From: an uncultured Pseudomonadota bacterium
Lineage (GTDB): Bacteria; Oederibacteriota; Muellerivitia; Muellerivitales; Muellerivitaceae
Length of the DNA: 64,000 nucleotides
Assembly (NCBI GenBank): GCA_963770835.1
Contig: CAVYRH010000004.1
Coordinates: forward strand, 640,001 to 704,000
Direction of reading: 5' to 3'
This document shows positions 45,841-54,507 of the stretch, piece after piece. A program made the translations under genes and the position numbers. The notes under the pieces are model-generated. The model was not told the origin of the DNA, made no database searches, and saw only the letters and a program-made list of their open reading frames with translations. Position 1 is the stretch's first letter; the number at the start of each line of letters is the position of its first letter.

Positions 45841-47552
45841 GCCAGGAAGAGCACGCGCAAGGGGAACACGGATATGAGGAGCACGCACACGGGCACCAGC
45901 AAAGCTTCCTAAGCCATTACATTTTCTCGACGGACCATAAGATGATCGGGAAGCAGTTCCTCCTGCTTGCCGCCTTCATGGCCTGTTTCGGCGGGTTCAT
46001 GGCCTATCTCATCCGCTGGGAAGTGGCTTTCCCCAACACCCCGGCCCCCTTCTTCGGGCTGGTGACCCCCGACAAGTTCAACGCCATCATCACCCTGCAC
46101 GGGACCATCATGATCTTCTTCGTGGGAATGCCCTTCCTTTCGGCCTTTCCCTCCAATTTCCTGGTGCCGCTCATGCTGGGGGCGAGGGACATGGCTTTCC
46201 CCAAACTGAACATGGCTTCCTTCTGGCTGACCTTTACGGGAGCCGTCCTTATCATTTCTTCCATATTTGTTCCCGGGGGCCCTGTGGCAGGCGGTTGGGT
46301 GGGTTATCCCCCCCTCTCGGCCAGTTCGGAATTCACCGGCGTCAAAGACGGGGCGATCCTCTGGATCCTGGCCCTCGCCTGCGCCTTGATCTCCTCCAGC
46401 ATCGGGGGCTTGAACTACCTGGTGACGGCCGCCACCTTGAGGGCGCCGGGTATGACGGTAGACCGGATTCCCATGACCGTCTGGTTCCTTTTGGCCTCGG
46501 CCATCACCTTTTTCTTCTCCGCAGGGCCCATCATCGCGGGCGCCTTCATGATGTTCATGGACAACGCCTTCGGCACGGGTTTTTTCCTTCCGCAGAAGGG
46601 CGGGGAACCCATGCTGTGGGAGCACTTGTTCTGGTTTTTCGGGCACCCTGAGGTTTACGTGCTCTTTTTCCCGGCCCTGGGGTTTGGATTGGACATCATG
46701 GCCACCTTCACCCGGAAGCCCGTCTTCGGCTACAAGCTCATCCTTTGGTGCACGGGCATCGCGGTGGCCTTGAGCTACATCGTTTGGGCCCACCATATGT
46801 TCATGTCGGGGTTGAACCCTTTCCTGGCCACGCCTTTTTCCATCACCACGATCCTCATTTCAGTGCCTTTCGCCATCATCATCTTCTGCATGTTCGCGAC
46901 CCTGCGGCACGGGTCCATCCGGCTGGAACTTCCCATGCTGTGGATTTTGGGCTTCCTGGCGACATTCCTCGTCGGCGGTTTGACGGGCATCTTTTTGGGT
47001 TCGGCCACGGCGGACATTTACCTCCATGGGACTTATTTCGTCATCGCCCATTTCCATTACACCCTTTTTCCCTCGGTGTTCTTCGGGGGGTTCGGGGCCG
47101 TTTATTACTGGTTCCCCAAGATCTACGGCCGCAAAATGAACGAAAAGCTGGGCTTCCTGCACCTGGCCCTGACTTTCATCTTTTTCAACGGGACTTTCTG
47201 GCCCTTATTCAGGGTCGGGATGGGAGGGATGATCCGCCGCATCGCGGACCCGTCCTTTTATCCCCAATACCACCAGTTCCAGGGCCTGAACGCCTTCTCA
47301 ACCGTTTCCGCCATTTGCCTGATCATGAGCCAGGTGATTTTCCTTTGGAACATGGTCTTGAGCCTGGCCCATGGGCCGAAAGCCGAGAAAAACCCCTACC
47401 AATCCAACACCCTGGAATGGATAGCCGATTCACCCCCGCCCCACGGCAATTGGGGGGACACCCTGCCGGTGGTGACCTGTGGGCCCTATGAGTACAGCAA
47501 GCCCGGGGAAGCGGATGATTGGCACCCCCAGGCCACCAATCTTCCCGTTTAA
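45837..47552 (+). CDS. coxA: Haem-copper oxidase subunit I (A1 type)
   Basis: TDHKMIG, LHGTIMIF, WFFGHPEVY, WAHHMF, AHFHY. Confidence 0.96.
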   Translation: MSQEEHAQGEHGYEEHAHGHQQSFLSHYIFSTDHKMIGKQFLLLAAFMACFGGFMAYLIRWEVAFPNTPAPFFGLVTPDKFNAIITLHGTIMIFFVGMPFLSAFPSNFLVPLMLGARDMAFPKLNMASFWLTFTGAVLIISSIFVPGGPVAGGWVGYPPLSASSEFTGVKDGAILWILALACALISSSIGGLNYLVTAATLRAPGMTVDRIPMTVWFLLASAITFFFSAGPIIAGAFMMFMDNAFGTGFFLPQKGGEPMLWEHLFWFFGHPEVYVLFFPALGFGLDIMATFTRKPVFGYKLILWCTGIAVALSYIVWAHHMFMSGLNPFLATPFSITTILISVPFAIIIFCMFATLRHGSIRLELPMLWILGFLATFLVGGLTGIFLGSATADIYLHGTYFVIAHFHYTLFPSVFFGGFGAVYYWFPKIYGRKMNEKLGFLHLALTFIFFNGTFWPLFRVGMGGMIRRIADPSFYPQYHQFQGLNAFSTVSAICLIMSQVIFLWNMVLSLAHGPKAEKNPYQSNTLEWIADSPPPHGNWGDTLPVVTCGPYEYSKPGEADDWHPQATNLPV

Positions 47553-47561
47553 GGAGCCCTT

Positions 47562-48188
47562 ATGGAAAAGAACGCCGCTGTGCCGGTCGTTGGTTTTCAA
47601 CCCGGTGACCAATTGCCCACGGGCAATTATTCCGGCCCTGTGGGGCTGACCCCCGGGCGCTTGGGCATCTGGGTCCTGATCGCTTCCGAAATCGTGCTCT
47701 TCGCGGGGCTGCTGGGTTCCTTCATCCTCATGCGGCTGATCAACCCTGCCTGGGCGGAAGAGGCCCGACATTTGAACCTTTACGCCGGGACGCTCAACTC
47801 GCTGGTCCTCATCACCAGCAATTTTTTCATGATGAAATCTTCCAAATCTGTCGCTGAGGAAAGAACGGACGATGCCAAGAAATTCATGGTGTTCACCATG
47901 GTTTTAGGAATTGTCTTTTTGGGGATAAAAGCTTTCGAGTATTCGGGCGAGTTCGCCCATGGGGAGTTCCCCACGAGCGGGGGGTTTTGGTCCTTTTATT
48001 TCTTAATGACGGGAATCCATGCGCTTCATATCATCGGAGGGCTCATCGCCATCCTCCTGCTGTGGTTTAAAACCCGGCACGAGCCCCTTCTTTCCTTGAG
48101 CAGCCGGGCCAATATTACGGGTATCTATTGGTCTTTCGTGGAAGTGGTCTGGATTTTCCTATTCCCCCTGCTTTATTTACTGGCTTAA
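47562..48188 (+). CDS. coxC: Oxidase subunit III-like
   Basis: IWVLIASE, TGIHALH, YWSFVEVVW. Confidence 0.9.
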   Translation: MEKNAAVPVVGFQPGDQLPTGNYSGPVGLTPGRLGIWVLIASEIVLFAGLLGSFILMRLINPAWAEEARHLNLYAGTLNSLVLITSNFFMMKSSKSVAEERTDDAKKFMVFTMVLGIVFLGIKAFEYSGEFAHGEFPTSGGFWSFYFLMTGIHALHIIGGLIAILLLWFKTRHEPLLSLSSRANITGIYWSFVEVVWIFLFPLLYLLA

Positions 48189-48198
48189 GGAGGCCGAC

Positions 48199-48495
48199 AT
48201 GAGTTCCAAGGCATCGACGAATCACGCCGCTATTTTTTCCAGTTTGTTGGTTCTTTCCCTCTGCGCGGTGGGGATCACCTTCCTGCACCTTTCGATCATG
48301 GCCAATAACCTCGCCATTTTCGGCGTGGCGGCGGTGATGGCGGGCTTGGTCCTGTTCCAATACATGAACCTTAAAGGGGAGGGGGGATTGATTTATTGGG
48401 TCCTCATCGTCCCCTTGGCGCTATTCGCCATCCTCCTATTTTTGCTCATGCCTGATGTTTGCCATTTCTCCGTTGATTTCTTGCGGGGCCTTTGA
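48199..48495 (+). CDS. Oxidase subunit IV-like
   Basis: Three TMs, LVLFQYMNLK.E (CoxIV-like FMHL variant); operon context. Confidence 0.75.
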   Translation: MSSKASTNHAAIFSSLLVLSLCAVGITFLHLSIMANNLAIFGVAAVMAGLVLFQYMNLKGEGGLIYWVLIVPLALFAILLFLLMPDVCHFSVDFLRGL

Positions 48496-48540
48496 TTTCC
48501 TTAGGGGATCAATCAGCTTTATTTTTAAAAGGCTGGTGAA

Positions 48541-49119
48541 ATGACGGTTACCACCATGGATTCCAACCAACGAAATTTGATTTCCGCCAAACTGGGGATT
48601 TTGCTTTTCATTACCGCCGAAGTCATGTTTTTCTCCGGCCTGATCAGCGCCTTTGTCGTGTTCCGCTTCAGCCCCGTTTCGTGGCCCCCGCCGGGCCAGC
48701 CCCGGCTTCCCCTTGGGGTCACAGCCTTTAATACCCTGGTGCTTCTCTTAAGCGGGGTGACCTTTCAACTGGCTTTCCGGGCCCTGAAATCCGTACGGTA
48801 TCAGGCATTTAAAAAGCTCCTGACCTGGACGGGAGCCCTGGGGGCACTTTTTCTTTGCGTTCAAGGATTTGAGTGGATTCGATTACTTCATTATGGGTTG
48901 ACCTTGCACTCCAGCATTTTTGGAGGGTTTTTCTATTGCCTCGTTGGGACCCATGGCCTTCACGTCTTGGGGGGGCTTATCGCCTTGCTATGGGTCTTGA
49001 AGCGGGCATGGGCGGATGCTTATGATTCTACCCAGGCCCTCGGCGTGGAAATCTGCAGGATCTACTGGTTTTTCGTCGTGGGTCTTTGGCCCATTATCTT
49101 CTTCCTGGTTTATTTATAA
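48541..49119 (+). CDS. Second oxidase subunit III-like protein
   Basis: FITAEVMFFSGL, WPPPG, GTHGLHVLGG, YWFFV..LW. Confidence 0.88.
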   Translation: MTVTTMDSNQRNLISAKLGILLFITAEVMFFSGLISAFVVFRFSPVSWPPPGQPRLPLGVTAFNTLVLLLSGVTFQLAFRALKSVRYQAFKKLLTWTGALGALFLCVQGFEWIRLLHYGLTLHSSIFGGFFYCLVGTHGLHVLGGLIALLWVLKRAWADAYDSTQALGVEICRIYWFFVVGLWPIIFFLVYL

Positions 49120-49359
49120 ATGGACGCCCTGATGACTAAAAAGAGTAATTTTTTTATTTTGACTTTGATCCGCCGATGGATGCCCGTGGTTTTATGGGGC
49201 ATGCCTTGGTTCGCACGAGCTTGTCCCCGATGCGTGGATGCAACCCCCTACCGTTCAGGCCTTCAACTGGCCGTTGCCGTCCTTCTTCCATTGCCTTTTG
49301 CCTTAGGATTTTTTCTATACCGGTTCCTTCGCCGCGCCTTGGCTTCGGAACCGAAATAA
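49120..49359 (+). CDS. Small membrane protein with ACPRC motif
   Basis: Directly follows the cox genes; signal-like segment, CxxC, one TM; start uncertain. Confidence 0.55.
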   Translation: MDALMTKKSNFFILTLIRRWMPVVLWGMPWFARACPRCVDATPYRSGLQLAVAVLLPLPFALGFFLYRFLRRALASEPK

Positions 49360-49572
49360 ACCTTCATATTTTTTGGTCCCCCCGGCTCATTTCCAGTAAA
49401 CCCTTATTCCGCATGCCTTGGCAAATCCGCCGCGTTACAGGCCTTGTTTTTCCTCCCGAATAAAACCTAGCTTTAAAATTAGTTCATATTGGGCCTGATT
49501 TCACCCGAATCAACAAATTTTCACACCCGCGGTCCGGGGGTGGGAGGGCCCAAGATGAGGAGGGAGGAGGCC

Positions 49573-49863
49573 ATGGCCCCTAAAAATAGTCCCAGTTCCC
49601 ATGAAATAACCTTCGGCTTGCTGTTCCTATTGGTGTTTTGTTCGGTGGGGGCAAGGTTGATCGATTTTCCGCCACTGACGAATAACCTAATTATCTTTGC
49701 TTCGGCGTTTTCGATGGCGGTCTTGGTTATTACCCAGTATATGGGCCTCAAGATCGAGGGAATGGTGGTGAGATTGACGGTGGCGGTACCTTTAATTCTT
49801 TTCGCCGTCCTAGTGGGAATCTTATTAATGGATATCGCCCATGTGCCACTGCCCCATCTTTGA
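49573..49863 (+). CDS. Second subunit IV-like paralogue
   Basis: GGAGG SD; NNLIIF...LVITQYMGLK.EG parallels the 48199 protein. Confidence 0.7.
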   Translation: MAPKNSPSSHEITFGLLFLLVFCSVGARLIDFPPLTNNLIIFASAFSMAVLVITQYMGLKIEGMVVRLTVAVPLILFAVLVGILLMDIAHVPLPHL

Positions 49864-49961
49864 TCCACCCGTACTCCGGGTAAGACCTTTCTCGAGCTTC
49901 GTGGAGTCCCCGGGCAAGGCCGGGGGTGAAAGGCGGCGTCTTTAAAGCCTCCGTCATCAAT

Positions 49962-49975
49962 ATGACCCGGATCAT
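49962..49975 (+). promoter_or_regulatory. Crp/Fnr-type box ATGAC-CCGG-ATCAT
   Basis: Extended CAATATGA...TCATATTG symmetry; TAAACT 22 nt downstream. Confidence 0.75.
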
Positions 49976-50040
49976 ATTGGGCCCTGTTTTGTCCTCTTAA
50001 ACTAGGACGCTACCTCCAACACGGGGGTGGAGGAGGCTTT

Positions 50041-50862
50041 ATGATCGCTGTCCAGTCAAAACCCGAGGAGACCACCCCGGAAACGTTCGAGAAATTTGAC
50101 AAGCCAAACGCCAAGAATTGGGATGGCCTTTCCCGCATGGCCTTCGCGGCCAATTGGGACCCGGAGTCCGCCATCAACTGGGACCTGCCGATTGAATTGG
50201 GCCAGGTGAGGGAAGGATGGATCAATATCCTGCATTACTTCTATGAGGGGGAATGGCAGGGGCTGGAAATCATCCAACGGCTGATGAACAAGGCATCGCA
50301 CTTATTCAAAAATCCGGAGATGGTGACTTACTATTCCACCCAATGCAGTGATGAGGCAAAACACCTGTTCGTCTTCCGCCGGTACCTCCAAAAACTTAAT
50401 TCGCCTCCCTCCAAGCAAAAGGCCTTCGACCTCCTGGTCTGGTTGGCGACTTCCGGGCCCATGGCAGTGGAACGCTGGATTCTCGGGACTTTCTTCACTG
50501 AAACCATGGCGGGAGCCATATTCCAGAAAACCCTGGAACTCCCGGCGATCGACCCCACGGGCAAGGAAATGATCCGCTGGCAGTTGAAGGACGAATCCCG
50601 GCATATCGCGGGCACCAAATTAGGGGTTCAAACCCTCATGAATCATTGTGGGCCCGTGAAAACCCGGATCCTGAAACTTTGGTGGAAGCTATTCGTGAAG
50701 CTGGCGATTAAGGAAGTGCGGGCTTTAAAGCCTTATGGCGACCAAGTTGGCATGGATCCGGAGTACATATTGAGGCGGTCCTTCGCCAAAATGGCGGAGC
50801 TCAAGGAATTCCAAGAAAAGTTCCTCGATAATCCCCAAGCCCGGTTTTTTCTGAGGGGTTGA
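50041..50862 (+). CDS. Ferritin-like di-iron carboxylate protein (AurF/desaturase-like fold)
   Basis: W....AINW, EGE, DEAKH, E, DESRH ligand set. Confidence 0.8.
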   Translation: MIAVQSKPEETTPETFEKFDKPNAKNWDGLSRMAFAANWDPESAINWDLPIELGQVREGWINILHYFYEGEWQGLEIIQRLMNKASHLFKNPEMVTYYSTQCSDEAKHLFVFRRYLQKLNSPPSKQKAFDLLVWLATSGPMAVERWILGTFFTETMAGAIFQKTLELPAIDPTGKEMIRWQLKDESRHIAGTKLGVQTLMNHCGPVKTRILKLWWKLFVKLAIKEVRALKPYGDQVGMDPEYILRRSFAKMAELKEFQEKFLDNPQARFFLRG

Positions 50863-52139
50863 TGATGGAATCCAACTCGTTTCAGGGTTCTTTTTTCCGG
50901 TTCACTAGCCGGTTTACCCAATGGTTCCCCCATGGGGGGGCGAAACTCTTGGACGGCCTTTTTTTCCCAATTTTGAGCAACGGATTCCTATTGCGCCATT
51001 TTCAAGGCAGGAATTTGAAAATGTTGAAGGGCATTCGTTCCTTTCGCCGCCTGCTCGTCATTGCGGACATCCATATCGGCGACGCCGTCCTGGCCCAGAC
51101 GGCCGTGCCGGCCTTAAAGGATTTTTTCCCCGAAGCCCAAGTGGATTTCGCGGTCAAGAAGTCCGTGGGGAGCCTTGTGGGGGGCCATCCCGACCTCTCA
51201 CAGGTCTGGCCCATCTTCACAGGCGGGCAATTTCCCAATGCGGGGGATATCCTTGGCATCCAGGAACTATCGGCGGAGTACGACGCCGTTTTCAATTTTT
51301 GCCCCTTCTTCGGGGAGAATCATTTCCCCAAGGAAAGCAGGGTTTTCCACGTTACGAGCCATGTCTCCGTTTTTGCCCGCAATGAACGGAGGCCGGACCC
51401 GCCGAACCATATCACTTACCAAGTCCATCGGTTTATTTATGACCTGTTATCATCCTTGTTTCCGATCCGCCGGGCCCGCCTTTTCGAGAGCCCGCAAGTT
51501 TCCCTGTCGCCGGAAGCGATACGGGAAGCGAACGATTTCATGCAATCCTTCACCCCGCCGGATGGGGACGCCGTTGTGTTCCTCAACCCCGATACCGCCT
51601 CGCCCTTTACCCAGATTCCTTTCCGGTTCCAAGCGGAGATTCTGAAAGGCCTCGCCGACTTACCCTGCCGAATTCTTTTGGGCGAGGGGCACACCGACAG
51701 GGGAATCGGCGAAAAATTATTATGGACCCTCCCGCTCCTAAAACGCGGCCGGGTTCAACTGGTTCCCGCCAGGCTTTCCCTGGAAACCTACACGGCTTTA
51801 ATCGACCACAGCGATTTATTTCTTTCGGGCGATACGGGGCCCCTCCACCTGGCGGCTGCCCGCAAAACGGACAAGAGTGGAAAAAGTCAACTGCACAACC
51901 GCACGACGGTTTTCAGCGTATTCGGGGCCACCCCTCCCCGTTTTTCGGGATATGACTCCGGCCCGGGGTTCTTGGAGAGTGGACAGGATGCACCCGCCAA
52001 AGCCTACCAATCGGAAAGCGCTTGTCGGAACATCACTTGCATTCACAAGATGGGAAAGGTTTGTGACGCGAAGGGTTGCTTTGAGGATCTTGACTCAAAA
52101 AAAATACTAGCCGATATCCGAACCCGGATAGGGGGTTGA
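50859..52139 (+). CDS. Glycosyltransferase family 9 (heptosyltransferase-like)
   Basis: HIGDAVL...ALK..FP.A, SGDTGPLHLAAA, VFGAT. Confidence 0.85.
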   Translation: MMMESNSFQGSFFRFTSRFTQWFPHGGAKLLDGLFFPILSNGFLLRHFQGRNLKMLKGIRSFRRLLVIADIHIGDAVLAQTAVPALKDFFPEAQVDFAVKKSVGSLVGGHPDLSQVWPIFTGGQFPNAGDILGIQELSAEYDAVFNFCPFFGENHFPKESRVFHVTSHVSVFARNERRPDPPNHITYQVHRFIYDLLSSLFPIRRARLFESPQVSLSPEAIREANDFMQSFTPPDGDAVVFLNPDTASPFTQIPFRFQAEILKGLADLPCRILLGEGHTDRGIGEKLLWTLPLLKRGRVQLVPARLSLETYTALIDHSDLFLSGDTGPLHLAAARKTDKSGKSQLHNRTTVFSVFGATPPRFSGYDSGPGFLESGQDAPAKAYQSESACRNITCIHKMGKVCDAKGCFEDLDSKKILADIRTRIGG

Positions 52140-52164
52140 AGGCTTTCTGCACTGGAAGCGGTTC

Positions 52165-52353
52165 TTAACAACTGGGCTTTTTGCCCGCCCGATGCCGCGC
52201 CGCTCCCTCCGTATTCCTTCGCCTGAGCCATTCACCATAGTCGGAAGTGTGGGGGCAACTTTGGCAGGTGGAGTGGATGAAGGTATAAGCCCTTCGCTTC
52301 CACCGGCGATGCTGTTCCTCAAAAAACAACTCCAAAATCCTGGAATCCTTCAT
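52165..52353 (-). CDS. Small hypothetical protein with CxxC
   Basis: AAGGAG SD; preceded by the box at 52421 and a TATGAT -10. Confidence 0.5.
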   Translation of the reverse strand: MKDSRILELFFEEQHRRWKRRAYTFIHSTCQSCPHTSDYGEWLRRRNTEGAARHRAGKKPSC

Positions 52354-52420
52354 GATGGACTCCTTTTTTAAAGGACTTTCTTGCCATGATTATCATAAGG
52401 GATTGAAGATTTCGGCCTTT

Positions 52421-52434
52421 ATGACTCTCGTCAT
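52421..52434 (-). promoter_or_regulatory. Crp/Fnr-type box ATGAC-TCTC-GTCAT
   Basis: Perfect consensus; minus-strand TATGAT 23 nt downstream. Confidence 0.7.
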
Positions 52435-52507
52435 TCTGCGTTGGCTCAAAATTGGAAATATTTCCTCATGAAAAGGCCATAAAAACGAACTTCCACAAAA
52501 AAGAGGT

Positions 52508-52536
52508 ATGACTTGGATCATTATGACCAAGGTCAT
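52508..52536 (+). promoter_or_regulatory. Tandem Crp/Fnr-type boxes ATGAC-TTGG-ATCAT and ATGAC-CAAG-GTCAT upstream of the Crp/Fnr gene
   Basis: Two adjacent copies; TACCAT 22 nt after the second. Confidence 0.8.
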
Positions 52537-52642
52537 ACTGCGGGCAAGGGTACCCTCCTACCATGAGTTGGACAGGTTCGAACCGCTCCAAAGGAGCCGC
52601 ACCATGTTTCATATACAACCCGCCGCCGGCAGGAGGCCTTTT

Positions 52643-53302
52643 ATGCCAGCCAAGTCTTTTATCTCCAATCTTGATATCTTCAAAAAGATACCCGCTCCCC
52701 AATTGGCCGAGATTGAAAAAAAGATGGTGGAGAAAAAATACGCCAAGGGCGAATCGCTGTTCCTGGAAGGGGACCCGGCTGAAAACGTTTGGTTCGTCAA
52801 GGAAGGCCACGTGAAGGCCGTCATCCATACCACCGGGGGGAAAGATTTGACCCTGTGCATGGTCGGCGCCAACAGCCTGTTCGGCACCTGTTGTTGTTTT
52901 GGAGGCGGACAATATCCCTGCCATACCGTTGCGGAGACGGAAGTGACGGTGGTTTCCTATCCCATGCAGGAATTTTTGGCCCTCATTGAAAAGTACCCCG
53001 AAATGTCCAAGGTGGTTATCCTCCAGCTTTCCAACCGGCTGCGCCAGTCCAAGGACATGCAGACTTTCGACAAAGAAAGCGTTGAGAAAAGAATCCTGCA
53101 CGTCCTGGTCAATCTCGTATCCGAATTTGGAAACACCATTCCCCTCACCCGCCGGGAGATTTCCGAAATGACTGGCACTACCGTGGAGACCTGTATCCGG
53201 ACTTTTTCAATCCTTGAGAAGGACGGATTGGTTTCCAGCGCAAGGGGGAAGATCACAGTGAAGAACATCCAGGACCTGACAACGCGCCTGGAAGAACTCT
53301 GA
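52643..53302 (+). CDS. Crp/Fnr-family transcriptional regulator
   Basis: cNMP-type domain (LFLEGDPA..VWFVKEG.VK) plus HTH LTRREISEMTGTTVETCIR; AGGAGG SD before ATG 52643. Confidence 0.93.
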   Translation: MPAKSFISNLDIFKKIPAPQLAEIEKKMVEKKYAKGESLFLEGDPAENVWFVKEGHVKAVIHTTGGKDLTLCMVGANSLFGTCCCFGGGQYPCHTVAETEVTVVSYPMQEFLALIEKYPEMSKVVILQLSNRLRQSKDMQTFDKESVEKRILHVLVNLVSEFGNTIPLTRREISEMTGTTVETCIRTFSILEKDGLVSSARGKITVKNIQDLTTRLEEL

Positions 53303-53385
53303 CAACCCCGGAATCACTTCGGCGCTAACAAACTAAAATCCCTCAGTAAAACGGAATCCGTCGGTGTTTCAGGAAGGGTTAGGTC

Positions 53386-53604
53386 TTAAAGGATGCCGCG
53401 GAAAACCTCAGAGGGTTTGCAAGCAAGAGCCCGCACGATGTTGAAAATTTTGGTGATGGAGGGGTTCCGAGAGCCTTTTTCAATGTAACTAACATAGACA
53501 GGATGGATTTCGGCATACCCTGCCAATTTCTCTTGGGTCCAACCGCGTCTCTTACGAATAGCCCTGACGTTTTTTCCTAACTTCTTCAAATTAATTTGAT
53601 CCAT
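53386..53604 (-). CDS. XRE-family HTH regulator
   Basis: LGKNVRAIRKRRGWTQEKLA....H..YVS.IEKG.RNPS. Confidence 0.88.
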   Translation of the reverse strand: MDQINLKKLGKNVRAIRKRRGWTQEKLAGYAEIHPVYVSYIEKGSRNPSITKIFNIVRALACKPSEVFRGIL

Positions 53605-53717
53605 TAGTTCTCTCCAAATTTGAGAACCGTTTCAGGATTTATCCTTTAACGATCCGTTAATTAGCCGTCCGTCAAGTTTGGCTAACTCAAAGTTAAGACA
53701 AGTTGAGGAAAGTCCTT

Positions 53718-53731
53718 ATGATTTGGGTCAT
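53718..53731 (-). promoter_or_regulatory. Crp/Fnr-type box ATGAT-TTGG-GTCAT
   Basis: Minus-strand TAACTT 22 nt downstream, towards the XRE gene. Confidence 0.65.
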
Positions 53732-53849
53732 AGTGGCGCCGCGGAAGAATTAATTTAGAAGGAAAGAAAAAGGGAAACCATTCCGGCTGGAACGAAATTT
53801 TATTCCTAAACAAGTCCCAGATTAAAATTTAAGATGGATCAGAGTAATT

Positions 53850-54077
53850 TCAGCTTAATCGACCGGTTTGATAATCGGAAAAGGCTTGTTTCAGTTCGCC
53901 AAGCGTATTCATGACAAAAGGGCCGCCCCGGACAACGGGCTCATTCAATTTTGGGCCGACGCGAAAAGAAGATGGACTGGTTTTTCGCCCCCGGGCTGCA
54001 AACGAACGGAGTCGCCATCCCCAAAAACACCAAGGTGGCCCCCGGCAACGTCAGTTGGGAGGGGTCGGAATCCTCCT
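53850..54077 (-). pseudogene. Pirin C-terminal remnant (truncated, frameshifted)
   Basis: Minus strand gives HLGVFGDGDSVRLQ...HLLFASA, then after a frameshift LNEPVVRGGPFVMNTLGELKQAFSDYQTGRLS*. Confidence 0.75.
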
Positions 54078-54507
54078 TAATTTAATTCGGAATTTCCATA
54101 GAAAATCAACAAAGTGATCGCGCCAATGGCGCTTGCAATAAGAGCGAGATTATTTTGGAATTTAGGACAGAAAAACAACAGAAAATTATTTTTTGATAAA
54201 AAATAAAATTAATTAGAATTTTGGCAACAATAATCTATTTAACTGGGGGTTTAACAGCCCTAAAGGCCTATTTCGTCATTGTTTTACCCTTTAATTGTTT
54301 CTAAATTATTAAAGCAAAACTGATTTTAGTCATCTTTCGTTTGTTGTCTTCGGTTTAAGGTTAATCAGTTAACAAAATCGGGGCCGACATGTTCATTTCA
54401 ATAGATGAAGATATATTCTTTGTGCACGGAAAAAGCCAGGACGTTAAATTCTCTATCATCATTTTTTGCCCAAATTGTTGCAGAATCGATTCCAAGGGGT
54501 GGTTGCC

